Below are positions 39,406 through 47,220 of a stretch of 47,935 nt of DNA, in pieces (positions within the stretch are counted from its first letter, which is position 1; each line of letters begins with the position of its first letter). The notes under the pieces were generated by a model, which worked only from the letters and a program-made list of their open reading frames with translations, searched no databases and was not told where the DNA came from. A program made the translations under genes and the position numbers. The DNA comes from Candidatus Poribacteria bacterium (GTDB lineage: Bacteria > Poribacteria > WGA-4E > WGA-3G): NCBI GenBank assembly GCA_003635305.1, contig PYJE01000120.1:5506-53440 (forward strand). Reading direction: 5' to 3'.

Positions 39406-39564
39406 ATGACAAGCAAAAAGTCTACGACGACGAAAGTTGGACGCGATGCCCAGACAGCGAAATACATCCCTGTCTGGGAAACCAAGCGTGGTAAAAACCC
39501 ATCTATCCTCCCAAGAATTAGGCGCGCACTTCGACAGAAAAACGAACCTGATTCCCGAAGTTAG
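39406..39564 (+). CDS. Unlisted small basic ORF (52 aa): MTSKKSTTTKVGRDAQTAKYIPVWETKRGKNPSILPRIRRALRQKNEPDSRS
   Basis: A strong RBS (AAAGGAGGTGA) lies 6-7 nt upstream of the ATG at 39406. The ORF is below the 60-aa cutoff of the supplied track. It sits in an otherwise empty 506-bp gap. Confidence 0.4.
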   Translation: MTSKKSTTTKVGRDAQTAKYIPVWETKRGKNPSILPRIRRALRQKNEPDSRS

Positions 39565-39740
39565 GCATCTGTGCCTCATGTCCTGAACCGAAGTTGCTCC
39601 CACGAGAGCAGGTCTTGTCGGGAAATACACCGCGATAGGACAGAAGTGTCCTCGGTTGCCGCACCACGGCGGCACCGAGGGCCTCCGCTCTGTCTCGCAC
39701 GACTGCATGTCAAAAACACAGAAAAAACTGCATTTTTTTC

Positions 39741-39769
39741 TTGCAAAATAACCAAAAATGATATATACT
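39741..39769 (+). promoter_or_regulatory. Sigma-70-like promoter TTGCAA-17 bp-TATACT upstream of nuoA
   Basis: TTGCAA is at 39741-39746 and TATACT at 39764-39769. The nuoA ATG is at 39802. Confidence 0.6.
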
Positions 39770-39801
39770 ATTAACCACAAAACGCTTAAGGATAAAACCA
39801 C

Positions 39802-40212
39802 ATGCTATTTAATTTCGCAAATGTGCTAATTTTCCTCGGGGTCGGCTGTCTCTTTGTCGTCCTCAATCTGACTATCTCTCGCTTACTACACACGAAGTTG
39901 TTCTCCGGCGAGAAATATATCCCATATGAATGCGGCGAAGACCCGGTCGGCGACACGCGGATTAAGTTTAACACGCGTTTTTATGTCATCGCGCTTATCT
40001 TCCTCATCTTCGATGTGGAAGCCGTGTTCCTGTTCCCATGGGCGGTAGTTTTCCGTAAGATGGGAATGTTCGCATTTTTGGAGATGCTGGTATTCATCGC
40101 TATCCTCTTAGTCGGACTCGCCTATGTCTGGGCGAAGGGCGATCTGGAATGGATCCGCTCAACACAACTGGAGGTGCAATCGCTTCGGAGGGAAGAACCT
40201 CATGGTAATTGA
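39802..40212 (+). CDS. nuoA: NADH-quinone oxidoreductase subunit A
   Basis: [43 protein letters not shown] is the NuoA/NdhC signature. Confidence 0.9.
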   Translation: MLFNFANVLIFLGVGCLFVVLNLTISRLLHTKLFSGEKYIPYECGEDPVGDTRIKFNTRFYVIALIFLIFDVEAVFLFPWAVVFRKMGMFAFLEMLVFIAILLVGLAYVWAKGDLEWIRSTQLEVQSLRREEPHGN

Positions 40213-40762
40213 TGAAAAACTTGACAAAAACGTTATCGTCACATCCGTTGATGCTGTCGCCAACTGGGCGCGTTCCTCCGCGCTCTGGCCGATGACGTTC
40301 GGACTTGCCTGCTGCGCAATTGAATTCATGGCGGCGGCGGCTTCTAACTATGACTTGGACCGGTTCGGTGCCGGTGTGCCGCGCGCAACACCACGCCAAT
40401 CCGATCTGATGGTTATCTCCGGCACCGTGACGCTGAAAATGGCAACGCGGATCAAGCGGCTTTATGAACAGATGCCCGAACCGAAATATGTCATCTCGAT
40501 GGGCAGCTGCGCGACGAGCGGCGGACCCTATTGGCAACACGGGTATCACGTCCTCAAAGGCGTAGATAGGATTATCCCGGTTGACGTTTACGTGCCGGGC
40601 TGTCCCCCGCGTCCGGAAGCACTCATCGAAGGGTTACTCAAGTTGCAAGAGAAGATTCGGACGCAGACCGTGGCAAAGCGCGCCCATGTGCCGTTCCTGA
40701 AAAAACTCTTTACTAAAACCGAGTGGTATCAGCACGAAGGCGCAGAAGCCGACACCGAGTAA
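40202..40762 (+). CDS. nuoB: NADH-quinone oxidoreductase subunit B
   Basis: I trimmed ORF 40124..40762 to the ATG at 40202, which overlaps the nuoA end by 11 nt. The motifs are [29 protein letters not shown] and [10 protein letters not shown], which include the N2 cluster cysteines. Confidence 0.9.
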   Translation: MVIDEKLDKNVIVTSVDAVANWARSSALWPMTFGLACCAIEFMAAAASNYDLDRFGAGVPRATPRQSDLMVISGTVTLKMATRIKRLYEQMPEPKYVISMGSCATSGGPYWQHGYHVLKGVDRIIPVDVYVPGCPPRPEALIEGLLKLQEKIRTQTVAKRAHVPFLKKLFTKTEWYQHEGAEADTE

Positions 40763-40885
40763 TACCAAACGGCGTGAAATCGCCTTGCATCTGCAGGGAA
40801 ATCACCTCCCTGTTTGAAATCATGCGATTTCAAGTTATGGAGCCGGGGAACCCATCTCCCTTCAGTTATGGAGTGAAAAAAACAC

Positions 40886-41371
40886 GTGAAACCCGAAGAA
40901 ATTTATGAAACGCTATCCGAGCAGTTCGGCGATGCAGTGCTCGGTTTTGACGCGGAGCTTGCCGGCGACCCGAGTATTCGCATCGCTGCCGCTTCCATCG
41001 CAGATGTCTGCGCCTATCTCGCCGAAACCGAGACGCTGGCGTTCGATTCGTTGATGTCGCTCAGCGGCGTAGATCTTGGCGCGCGCGATGAGGAATTCAC
41101 CGTCGTCTATCACCTCTACTCGATGCAACATCGGCATAAGGTAGTCATCAAAGCGGCGGTGCCGAAAGCGGAACCGCACCTGCCGAGTGTGGAGCATCTC
41201 TGGAAGACAGCGAATTGGCACGAGCGCGAGACTTACGATCTCTACGGCATCAGTTTTGAGGGGCACAGCGATTTACGCCGCATTTTACTCCCCGATGATT
41301 GGGTGGGGTATCCATTGCGGAAAGATTACAAGGAGCCGGAATTCTATCGCGGGATGCGCGTGCCGTATTAA
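40886..41371 (+). CDS. nuoC: NADH-quinone oxidoreductase subunit C (30-kDa subunit)
   Basis: The gene has a GTG start. The segment NWHERETYDLYGISFEGHSDLRRILLPDDWVGYPLRKDY is the NuoC signature. Confidence 0.85.
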   Translation: MKPEEIYETLSEQFGDAVLGFDAELAGDPSIRIAAASIADVCAYLAETETLAFDSLMSLSGVDLGARDEEFTVVYHLYSMQHRHKVVIKAAVPKAEPHLPSVEHLWKTANWHERETYDLYGISFEGHSDLRRILLPDDWVGYPLRKDYKEPEFYRGMRVPY

Positions 41372-41378
41372 TTTGTGG

Positions 41379-41577
41379 TTTCGGCGCGCTTACAACGCGC
41401 GTCTACCGGTTTTTTGAGAACACGCGCCATCGCAGAATGCACGGACCGTCTTCATCTTTTGACTTCGGCGCGCTTACAAAGCACGCCTACCCGGGTGTTG
41501 AAAACATGTGCAGCAGCAGGATGCATGGGCCGTATTGATTTTTTGACTTCGGCGCGCTTACAAAGCGCGCCTACCGG
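41379..41577. repeat. Three ~85-bp tandem units, each starting with the B'' palindrome TTCGGCGCGCTTACAAAGCGCGCCTACCGG (41379, 41464, 41548)
   Basis: Direct reading. Confidence 0.85.
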
Positions 41578-41594
41578 CTCGGGTTGTTGATAAT

Positions 41595-42446
41595 ATGCGC
41601 CGCAATTACCGCCTCCTCATCTTGCTATTTCCTGTCATCTTTTGGCTCGTCTGCTTCTTTCTTATCCCGCTGATGTCCGTGTTCGCCTACAGTTTTATAG
41701 AACGCGGCACCTACGGCGGCGTGCGGTGGAACTTCACTCTAGAGAACTATCAGCGGCTGTTTGACGGGCTTTACCTCGGCATCCTGTGGCGTTCAGTCTC
41801 CACGGCAACAGTGGCGACAGCCCTCTGTCTACTACTCGGCTATCCGTTCGCCTACTATCTCGCGCGGTATCAACCGAAATGGCGGAACGTGCTGTTATTA
41901 CTTGTCGTTATCCCTTTTTGGACTAATTTTCTTATCCGCACCTACGCATGGATACTCATCTTACGCACGGAAGGAGTTTTAAACAGCCTGCTAGCATTTC
42001 TCATCCCGAATGTCCAGCCGTTGGAACTGCTCAACACGCCGATAGCGGTGCAAATCGGGCTCGTCTACGGCTACCTGCCGTTTATGATTTTGCCGCTCTA
42101 CGCCTCACTGGAGCAGTTGGACTTGGGGTTGATGGAGGCAGCACAAGATTTAGGGGCGTCACCACGCCGCACCTTCTGGCACGTTACCGTGCCGCTCAGT
42201 CTTCCCGGCATCCTCGCCGGCTCGATGTTGGTTTTCATTCCCACCGTCGGCGCGTTTATCACCCCAGAACTACTCGGCGGTGGGAAAGTCAGCTACATCG
42301 GGAACGTCGTCGAACGGCAATTCAAATCGGCGCGAGATTGGCCGTTCGGTTCCGCACTTTCGTTCCTGCTGATGTGCATCGTGCTGGTGGGAACGGTGCT
42401 ATATTTCCGCGCTTTGCAAAGCAGTGAAGACGAAATGAGAACGTAA
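41595..42446 (+). CDS. ABC transporter permease, PotB-like (polyamine/opine type)
   Basis: The protein has 6 TM helices. The EAA loop is EAAQDLGASPRRTFWHVTVPLSLPGI. Confidence 0.8.
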   Translation: MRRNYRLLILLFPVIFWLVCFFLIPLMSVFAYSFIERGTYGGVRWNFTLENYQRLFDGLYLGILWRSVSTATVATALCLLLGYPFAYYLARYQPKWRNVLLLLVVIPFWTNFLIRTYAWILILRTEGVLNSLLAFLIPNVQPLELLNTPIAVQIGLVYGYLPFMILPLYASLEQLDLGLMEAAQDLGASPRRTFWHVTVPLSLPGILAGSMLVFIPTVGAFITPELLGGGKVSYIGNVVERQFKSARDWPFGSALSFLLMCIVLVGTVLYFRALQSSEDEMRT

Positions 42447-43228
42447 TGAAACGCATTCTTGAAATTAACATCTGCCTCGTCTTCCTCTTCCTCTACCTTC
42501 CGATTTTGGCAGTCGTCGCATTCTCGTTTAACAGCGGCGAACAAACCGCGGTGTGGCAGGGGTTCACGTTCGATTGGTATGCGGAGTTGTTTGCGGATGC
42601 GGACTTATGGCGCGCCTGCCGAAATAGTTTGATGGTAGCAGGCATCGCGACACTCATCGCCACCGTTATCGGGACAGCCACCGCACTCGCTATTGAACGT
42701 TACCGATTTCGGTTCCGCGAGGCGTTAGTGCGATGTCTCTACCTCCCGATTATCATCCCCGACATTGTCCTAGCAATCGCACTGCTGACGTTTTACGTGC
42801 AAACGCGCATGCCACTCGGATTAACATCGCTTATCATCGCGCACTCCGTTTTCAATATCGCCTTCGTTACCATCGTCGTCAGGGCACGCTTGCAGGGTTA
42901 CGATAACAGTGTCGAGGACGCAGCGTTAGACCTGGGTGCCACCGAGTGGCAGACGTTTTGGCGGATTACGCTGCCGCTCATCGCACCGGGCATCATCGGC
43001 GGCGCACTGCTAGCGTTCACGCTCTCTATTGACGACTTCGTCACCACCTTTTTCACTGCAGGTGTCGGTTGGACGACACTCTCGGTGCATATCTATTCGC
43101 TGCTCAAATTCGGTATCACGCCAAAAATCAATGCCATCTCAACGATGCTCCTGTTCAACTCAATCGTTTTTATCCTGTTATTTTTGTGGTTCAGAGAGAA
43201 AGGCGCGCGAAATAGCAGCGGCATTTAG
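42446..43228 (+). CDS. ABC transporter permease, PotC-like
   Basis: The start overlaps the upstream stop (TAATG). The EAA loop is EDAALDLGATEWQTFWRITLPLIAPGI. Confidence 0.8.
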   Translation: MKRILEINICLVFLFLYLPILAVVAFSFNSGEQTAVWQGFTFDWYAELFADADLWRACRNSLMVAGIATLIATVIGTATALAIERYRFRFREALVRCLYLPIIIPDIVLAIALLTFYVQTRMPLGLTSLIIAHSVFNIAFVTIVVRARLQGYDNSVEDAALDLGATEWQTFWRITLPLIAPGIIGGALLAFTLSIDDFVTTFFTAGVGWTTLSVHIYSLLKFGITPKINAISTMLLFNSIVFILLFLWFREKGARNSSGI

Positions 43229-43367
43229 TTTTCGGGTTACGTTCTCCGATTGTAAAGGCAGATGTCTCTATCCTATAGAAATCTGTCTGGATAGGGTTCA
43301 TCGGAAACCTGAATGAGTGCGCGAGACGGTTAAACAAAAAAACGCCATCTGTGGTATCATAGATTCC

Positions 43368-44537
43368 ATGACGACATTTTCCCGGACGTGGATAGAAATA
43401 GACTTGACGGCGATTATGGCGAACGCGGCGGCAATCAAGGCGCAAACCGGCACTCGTCTCATCGCTGTTATCAAGGCGGATGCTTACGGACACGGCGCGG
43501 TTCGCGTAGCGCAGGCATTGCACGAAATCGCTGAGATGTTCGCCGTTGCTACGGTGGAAGAGGGTATTGAACTGCGCGAGGCCGGCATCCGCAAGCCGAT
43601 TCTCATTTTGTTCAGTCCTCTCCCAGAATTGGCCGAGGCAATAGTAGCCTATCAACTGACACCGGCGATTGACAATTGGCAGTTGGCACAGAGGTTAAAT
43701 GAAGTTGAACAGGTAGACGCGGTTGAAAGGCGCGCTGTGCATGTTGACATTAACACCGGAATGAATCGGAGTGGCGTTCACTGGACAGAGGCGAAAGCGT
43801 TTTTGGACAGATTGAAGACGCTAAAACGACTTGAAATTGAGGGCGTTTTTACGCATTTCGCAACGGCTGACGAGACGGATAATAGTTACGCCTACGTTCA
43901 ATTGGAGCGATTTTCGCTGCTGCTCGCCAATCTTGTGGAGGAATCGCTCTCCTACAGCAGCACACACATTGTTCACGCGGCGAACAGTGCTGCAACGTTA
44001 ACAATACCAGAAGCGCGTTTCGATGCCGTTCGTCCCGGCTTAAGTCTTTACGGTATTTATCCATCAACAGAAAAACCGATGCCGTTGCAGCCGGCCCTCA
44101 CGTGGAAAACGCGCGTCGGATGGGTAGGGTGGATTGAAGCAGGCGAAGGCGTGAGTTATGGGTTGACGTATCGCGCCCCTAACCGCACCCGCGTCGCGAC
44201 ATTGCAAGTAGGCTACGGGGATGGATACCCGCGCGCACTGTCCAATTCGCTCTCCATCGTAAGGCGAGAGGCTGTCCTGCGCCACACCCCGAGCCGCGGA
44301 GAGGTGTTAATCGCTGGCAAACGCCGCCCGATTATCGGACGCATTTGCATGGACGCGACGCTCATCCAACTTGAACCTTCAGATGACGTTTCCATCGGAG
44401 ACGAAGCGGTGTTAATCGGAAAACAGAGAGACGCTGAAATCGGCATTGATGAGGTTGCCGCCCGCGCAAACACGATTTCATATCACATTCTCACACAGAT
44501 AAGCAGACGCGTTGCACGAAATTACAAACCGTTGTGA
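43368..44537 (+). CDS. alr: Alanine racemase
   Basis: I trimmed ORF 43317..44537 to the ATG at 43368. The motifs are AVIKADAYGHGA (PLP lysine), THFATAD, VGYGDGYPR and IIGRICMD. Confidence 0.9.
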   Translation: MTTFSRTWIEIDLTAIMANAAAIKAQTGTRLIAVIKADAYGHGAVRVAQALHEIAEMFAVATVEEGIELREAGIRKPILILFSPLPELAEAIVAYQLTPAIDNWQLAQRLNEVEQVDAVERRAVHVDINTGMNRSGVHWTEAKAFLDRLKTLKRLEIEGVFTHFATADETDNSYAYVQLERFSLLLANLVEESLSYSSTHIVHAANSAATLTIPEARFDAVRPGLSLYGIYPSTEKPMPLQPALTWKTRVGWVGWIEAGEGVSYGLTYRAPNRTRVATLQVGYGDGYPRALSNSLSIVRREAVLRHTPSRGEVLIAGKRRPIIGRICMDATLIQLEPSDDVSIGDEAVLIGKQRDAEIGIDEVAARANTISYHILTQISRRVARNYKPL

Positions 44538-44543
44538 TTGTGA

Positions 44544-44643
44544 TAGGCGCGGTTGGAAACCGCACCTACCGAAACTGTAATCAGCGCGGTTGGAAACCGC
44601 GCCTACTGAAATTGGAATCAGCGCGGTTGGAAACCGCACCTAC
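44544..44643. repeat. Three ~38-bp-spaced family-B units (GCGCGGTTGGAAACCGCrCCTAC)
   Basis: Direct reading. Confidence 0.85.
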
Positions 44644-44662
44644 CGATGGGGATTCACGAAAA

Positions 44663-45589
44663 ATGGTAATCACACTCAATAATCTCTCCGTATCTTATGG
44701 CACTCGCCCGGCGTTGGATTCACTGTCGTTAGAAGTAAAGGGAGGTGCCATCGGCCTCCTCGGTCCCAACGGTGCCGGCAAAAGCACGCTGCTGAAGACG
44801 CTGCTCGGCTTCGTTCCACCGACTGAGGGAAGTGCATCTATTTTCGGCATGGATGTCCAGACGCACGCCTTGGAAATCCGCCAGCAAGTCGGCTATATGC
44901 CCGAAGACGAATGCTTAATTCCCGGGATGAGTGCGGTGCAATTGGTGGCTTACGCGGGTGAGTTGTGCGGGATGCCGATGCGAGATGCCATGCAGCGCGC
45001 CCACGAAGTCCTCTATTACGTCGGCGTTGATGAAGAGCGTTACCGCCCGGTAGGCGAATACTCAACAGGGATGAAACAGCGCGTGAAACTTGCGCAAGCA
45101 CTCGTGCATGACGCGAAGTTGCTGTTCCTCGATGAACCCACCAACGGCATGGATACAAGTGGACGCGAAGAGATGATTGCACTCGTGAAAGACATCTCCG
45201 CCGATAAAGGCATTAATACCATTTTGTCATCGCACTTATTGCCAGATGTGGAAACGGCGTGTGAGGAGGTTATCGCGCTGCACGATGGGCGCGTCGTCGT
45301 CCACGGCAATATTGAGGAGCTTAAGAAACAACACCATCGCGCGTTCGATCTAAAGATTGTCGGTAACAGCGAGACTTACGTTCGCGCGCTGGAACGTAAT
45401 CGGTATCTAACTGAACTCAAACCGGGCGGCAGACTCCGAGTCACCACACGCGAAGACGCGCGGACTGATGAAACAGACCCGAGATGCTTTTTCAGATTGG
45501 CATTAGAGAGCGGTGTGCAACTGCGTCAACTCCGCGAGGTGAAGCATTCGCTTGAGGATATCTTCGCCGAGGCGATGGGTGTGGAGTGA
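44663..45589 (+). CDS. ABC transporter ATP-binding protein (ABC-2/NatA-like single ATPase)
   Basis: I trimmed ORF 44534..45589 to the ATG at 44663, because the upstream part of the ORF is REP sequence. Walker A is GPNGAGKST, the signature motif is YSTGMKQR and Walker B is LLFLDEP. Confidence 0.85.
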   Translation: MVITLNNLSVSYGTRPALDSLSLEVKGGAIGLLGPNGAGKSTLLKTLLGFVPPTEGSASIFGMDVQTHALEIRQQVGYMPEDECLIPGMSAVQLVAYAGELCGMPMRDAMQRAHEVLYYVGVDEERYRPVGEYSTGMKQRVKLAQALVHDAKLLFLDEPTNGMDTSGREEMIALVKDISADKGINTILSSHLLPDVETACEEVIALHDGRVVVHGNIEELKKQHHRAFDLKIVGNSETYVRALERNRYLTELKPGGRLRVTTREDARTDETDPRCFFRLALESGVQLRQLREVKHSLEDIFAEAMGVE

Positions 45590-46719
45590 ATTTGAAAGTC
45601 TTGCTCATCGCACTTTACCTATTCGTCATCGGTTTTCCCTGGCACGCATTCGCAGACGAGAGACTCCGCATCGTTGGCATGGGCGGCACCCGCATTGCGA
45701 CGCGCGCTGCGGACGCAGGCATCTTTGGCAACCCGGCATCGTTAGTTCACGTTCAAAACCATCATCTCGCTTTCGGAATTGCCACCGAAAATCTGCACTG
45801 GGGAGAACTCCCGAAACGCGAACGCGAACAACTCGTCGTCGAAGCGGGCATTGACGTTTATCCGACAACCTACTATTCGCACGCTTTTGGAAAATGGGGA
45901 ATTAGCATCGGCTATGCGGCGACGTTCACCAGTTCTGCAGATTTCACGGTTGCTGCCACTCGCGCCGAATATGATAGGAGCAACCGAAGGTTTTCTGCGC
46001 AGACAGATTTAAACACAAAATACGCTTTGTTTCGCGAAGGACGGTGGGTGCTATGCCTCGGGCGCGCGATTGGAAAAACAGTCGCGGGGGCACGGCTTAA
46101 GTGGGTAACACAAAATGTGCGGCGCGGCACACTGATGTCCACCTTAAATTTAGCGGCGCGACACGGACTAGACATAGATACGCGCACACCGGAACAATTC
46201 ATTCCTGCAATCGTCGAGGAGTTGCAATTCGGGGACAGGGTTCGCGATATTCTCCACGAAAACCACCCCGAACTTGAGAGGACAGCCGGTGGATTGGAAT
46301 TTGATGTCGGGTTTCAACGCGATGTCCAATTCTCGCGACTCAAACCGATACAGGTAGGCGTGCTTTTTGAAAATCTCCTGCGCGCAGATTTGGTTGAACC
46401 GCTGCCGTTCAGGCTCGGCATCGGTATCGGATATCGCCCTTTAGAATGGATAGTTCTCGCCGCAGATGTCTTTCGTGTTACAGGAGAGCGGGGTATGGAT
46501 TGGGCAATCGGTGCGGAATGCCACACCGGAAAATGGCACACCCATTTCGCCGCAGCCCTCCGCATTGGCACAGGCCGTGTCGCCGGAACGAACCACTTTT
46601 CCATCGGCCTCGCTTTGAGGCTTGGCACGCTTTGGACAGAATACACCTTGCGCCGCCCTTTCACAGGCATACCGATGACAGCGGCGAATCACCTATTGGC
46701 ATTAACGCTGCAGTGGTAG
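45586..46719 (+). CDS. Secreted protein, possibly an outer-membrane beta-barrel (PorV/FadL-like features)
   Basis: The GTG start overlaps the upstream TGA (GTGA). The signal peptide is MNLKVLLIALYLFVIGFPWHAFA. GMGGTRIATRAADAGIFGNPASL lies near the N-terminus. The sequence has an alternating beta-strand-like pattern. The C-terminus ALTLQW ends in an aromatic residue. The family assignment is tentative. Confidence 0.5.
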   Translation: MNLKVLLIALYLFVIGFPWHAFADERLRIVGMGGTRIATRAADAGIFGNPASLVHVQNHHLAFGIATENLHWGELPKREREQLVVEAGIDVYPTTYYSHAFGKWGISIGYAATFTSSADFTVAATRAEYDRSNRRFSAQTDLNTKYALFREGRWVLCLGRAIGKTVAGARLKWVTQNVRRGTLMSTLNLAARHGLDIDTRTPEQFIPAIVEELQFGDRVRDILHENHPELERTAGGLEFDVGFQRDVQFSRLKPIQVGVLFENLLRADLVEPLPFRLGIGIGYRPLEWIVLAADVFRVTGERGMDWAIGAECHTGKWHTHFAAALRIGTGRVAGTNHFSIGLALRLGTLWTEYTLRRPFTGIPMTAANHLLALTLQW

Positions 46720-46727
46720 CCCCGGGG

Positions 46728-47185
46728 GTGAGGGATTTTGCCGGCGTTCTTTGACCATCGTCCTGTTAGGAGAGAGATTGCGAGGGACAGGCCCTCGCAC
46801 TACGGAAATGGGAAACTGCTTGCCCGGAGGGCAAGGGAATTTGCCGGCGTTCTTTGACTTTCGGCCTGCTAGGAGAGAGATGAGGGACAGGCCCTCGCGC
46901 TACGGAAATGGGAAACTGCTTGCCTGGAGGGTGAGGGATTTTGCCGGCGTTCTTTGACCATCGTCCTGTTAGGAGAGAGATTGCGAGGGACAGGCCCTCG
47001 CACTACGAAAATGGGAAGCTGCTTGCCCGGGGGTGAGGGATTTTGCCGGCGTTCTTTGACCATCGTCCTGTTAGGAGAGAGATTGCGAGGGACAGGCCCT
47101 CGCACTACGAAAATGGGAAGCTGCTTGCCCGGAGGGTGAGGGAATTTGCCGGCGTTCTCTGACCTTCGCCGTGCAGGAACTCTCA
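46728..47185. repeat. Tandem array of about 4.5 copies of a 100-103-bp unit (starts at 46728, 46831, 46931, 47033, 47136), each embedding one family-A palindrome
   Basis: Direct reading. The unit is GTGAGGGATTTTGCCGGCGTTCTTTGACCATCGTCCTGTTAGGAGAGAGATTGCGAGGGACAGGCCCTCGCACTACGAAAATGGGAAGCTGCTTGCCCGG(G/A)GG. Confidence 0.9.
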
Positions 47186-47220
47186 GGAAAATATCAAGAC
47201 CGGGGAGAGAGGAAACAGAT

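Noticed and set aside
39043-39801. 252-aa minus-strand ORF spanning the 3' end of the lipoprotein gene and the nuoA promoter region
   Set aside because: It overlaps a supported plus-strand gene and the nuoA promoter. It has no RBS and a Cys/Arg/Ser/Phe-rich composition. The plus-strand small ORF with a strong SD sequence (39406..39564) is a better explanation for part of the gap.
40763-40885. The 123-bp nuoB-nuoC spacer, with a hairpin (40814-40833) and the AGTTATGGAG direct repeat, as a possible regulatory RNA
   Set aside because: It is too short and I recognise no known motif. I recorded only the hairpin, because the structure alone is insufficient evidence.
46751-47139. ORFs 46751..46957, 46869..47105 and 46954..47139, which encode repetitive peptides
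   Set aside because: They are translations of the 103-bp tandem array. The periodic identical peptides and the lack of an RBS indicate non-coding repeat DNA.
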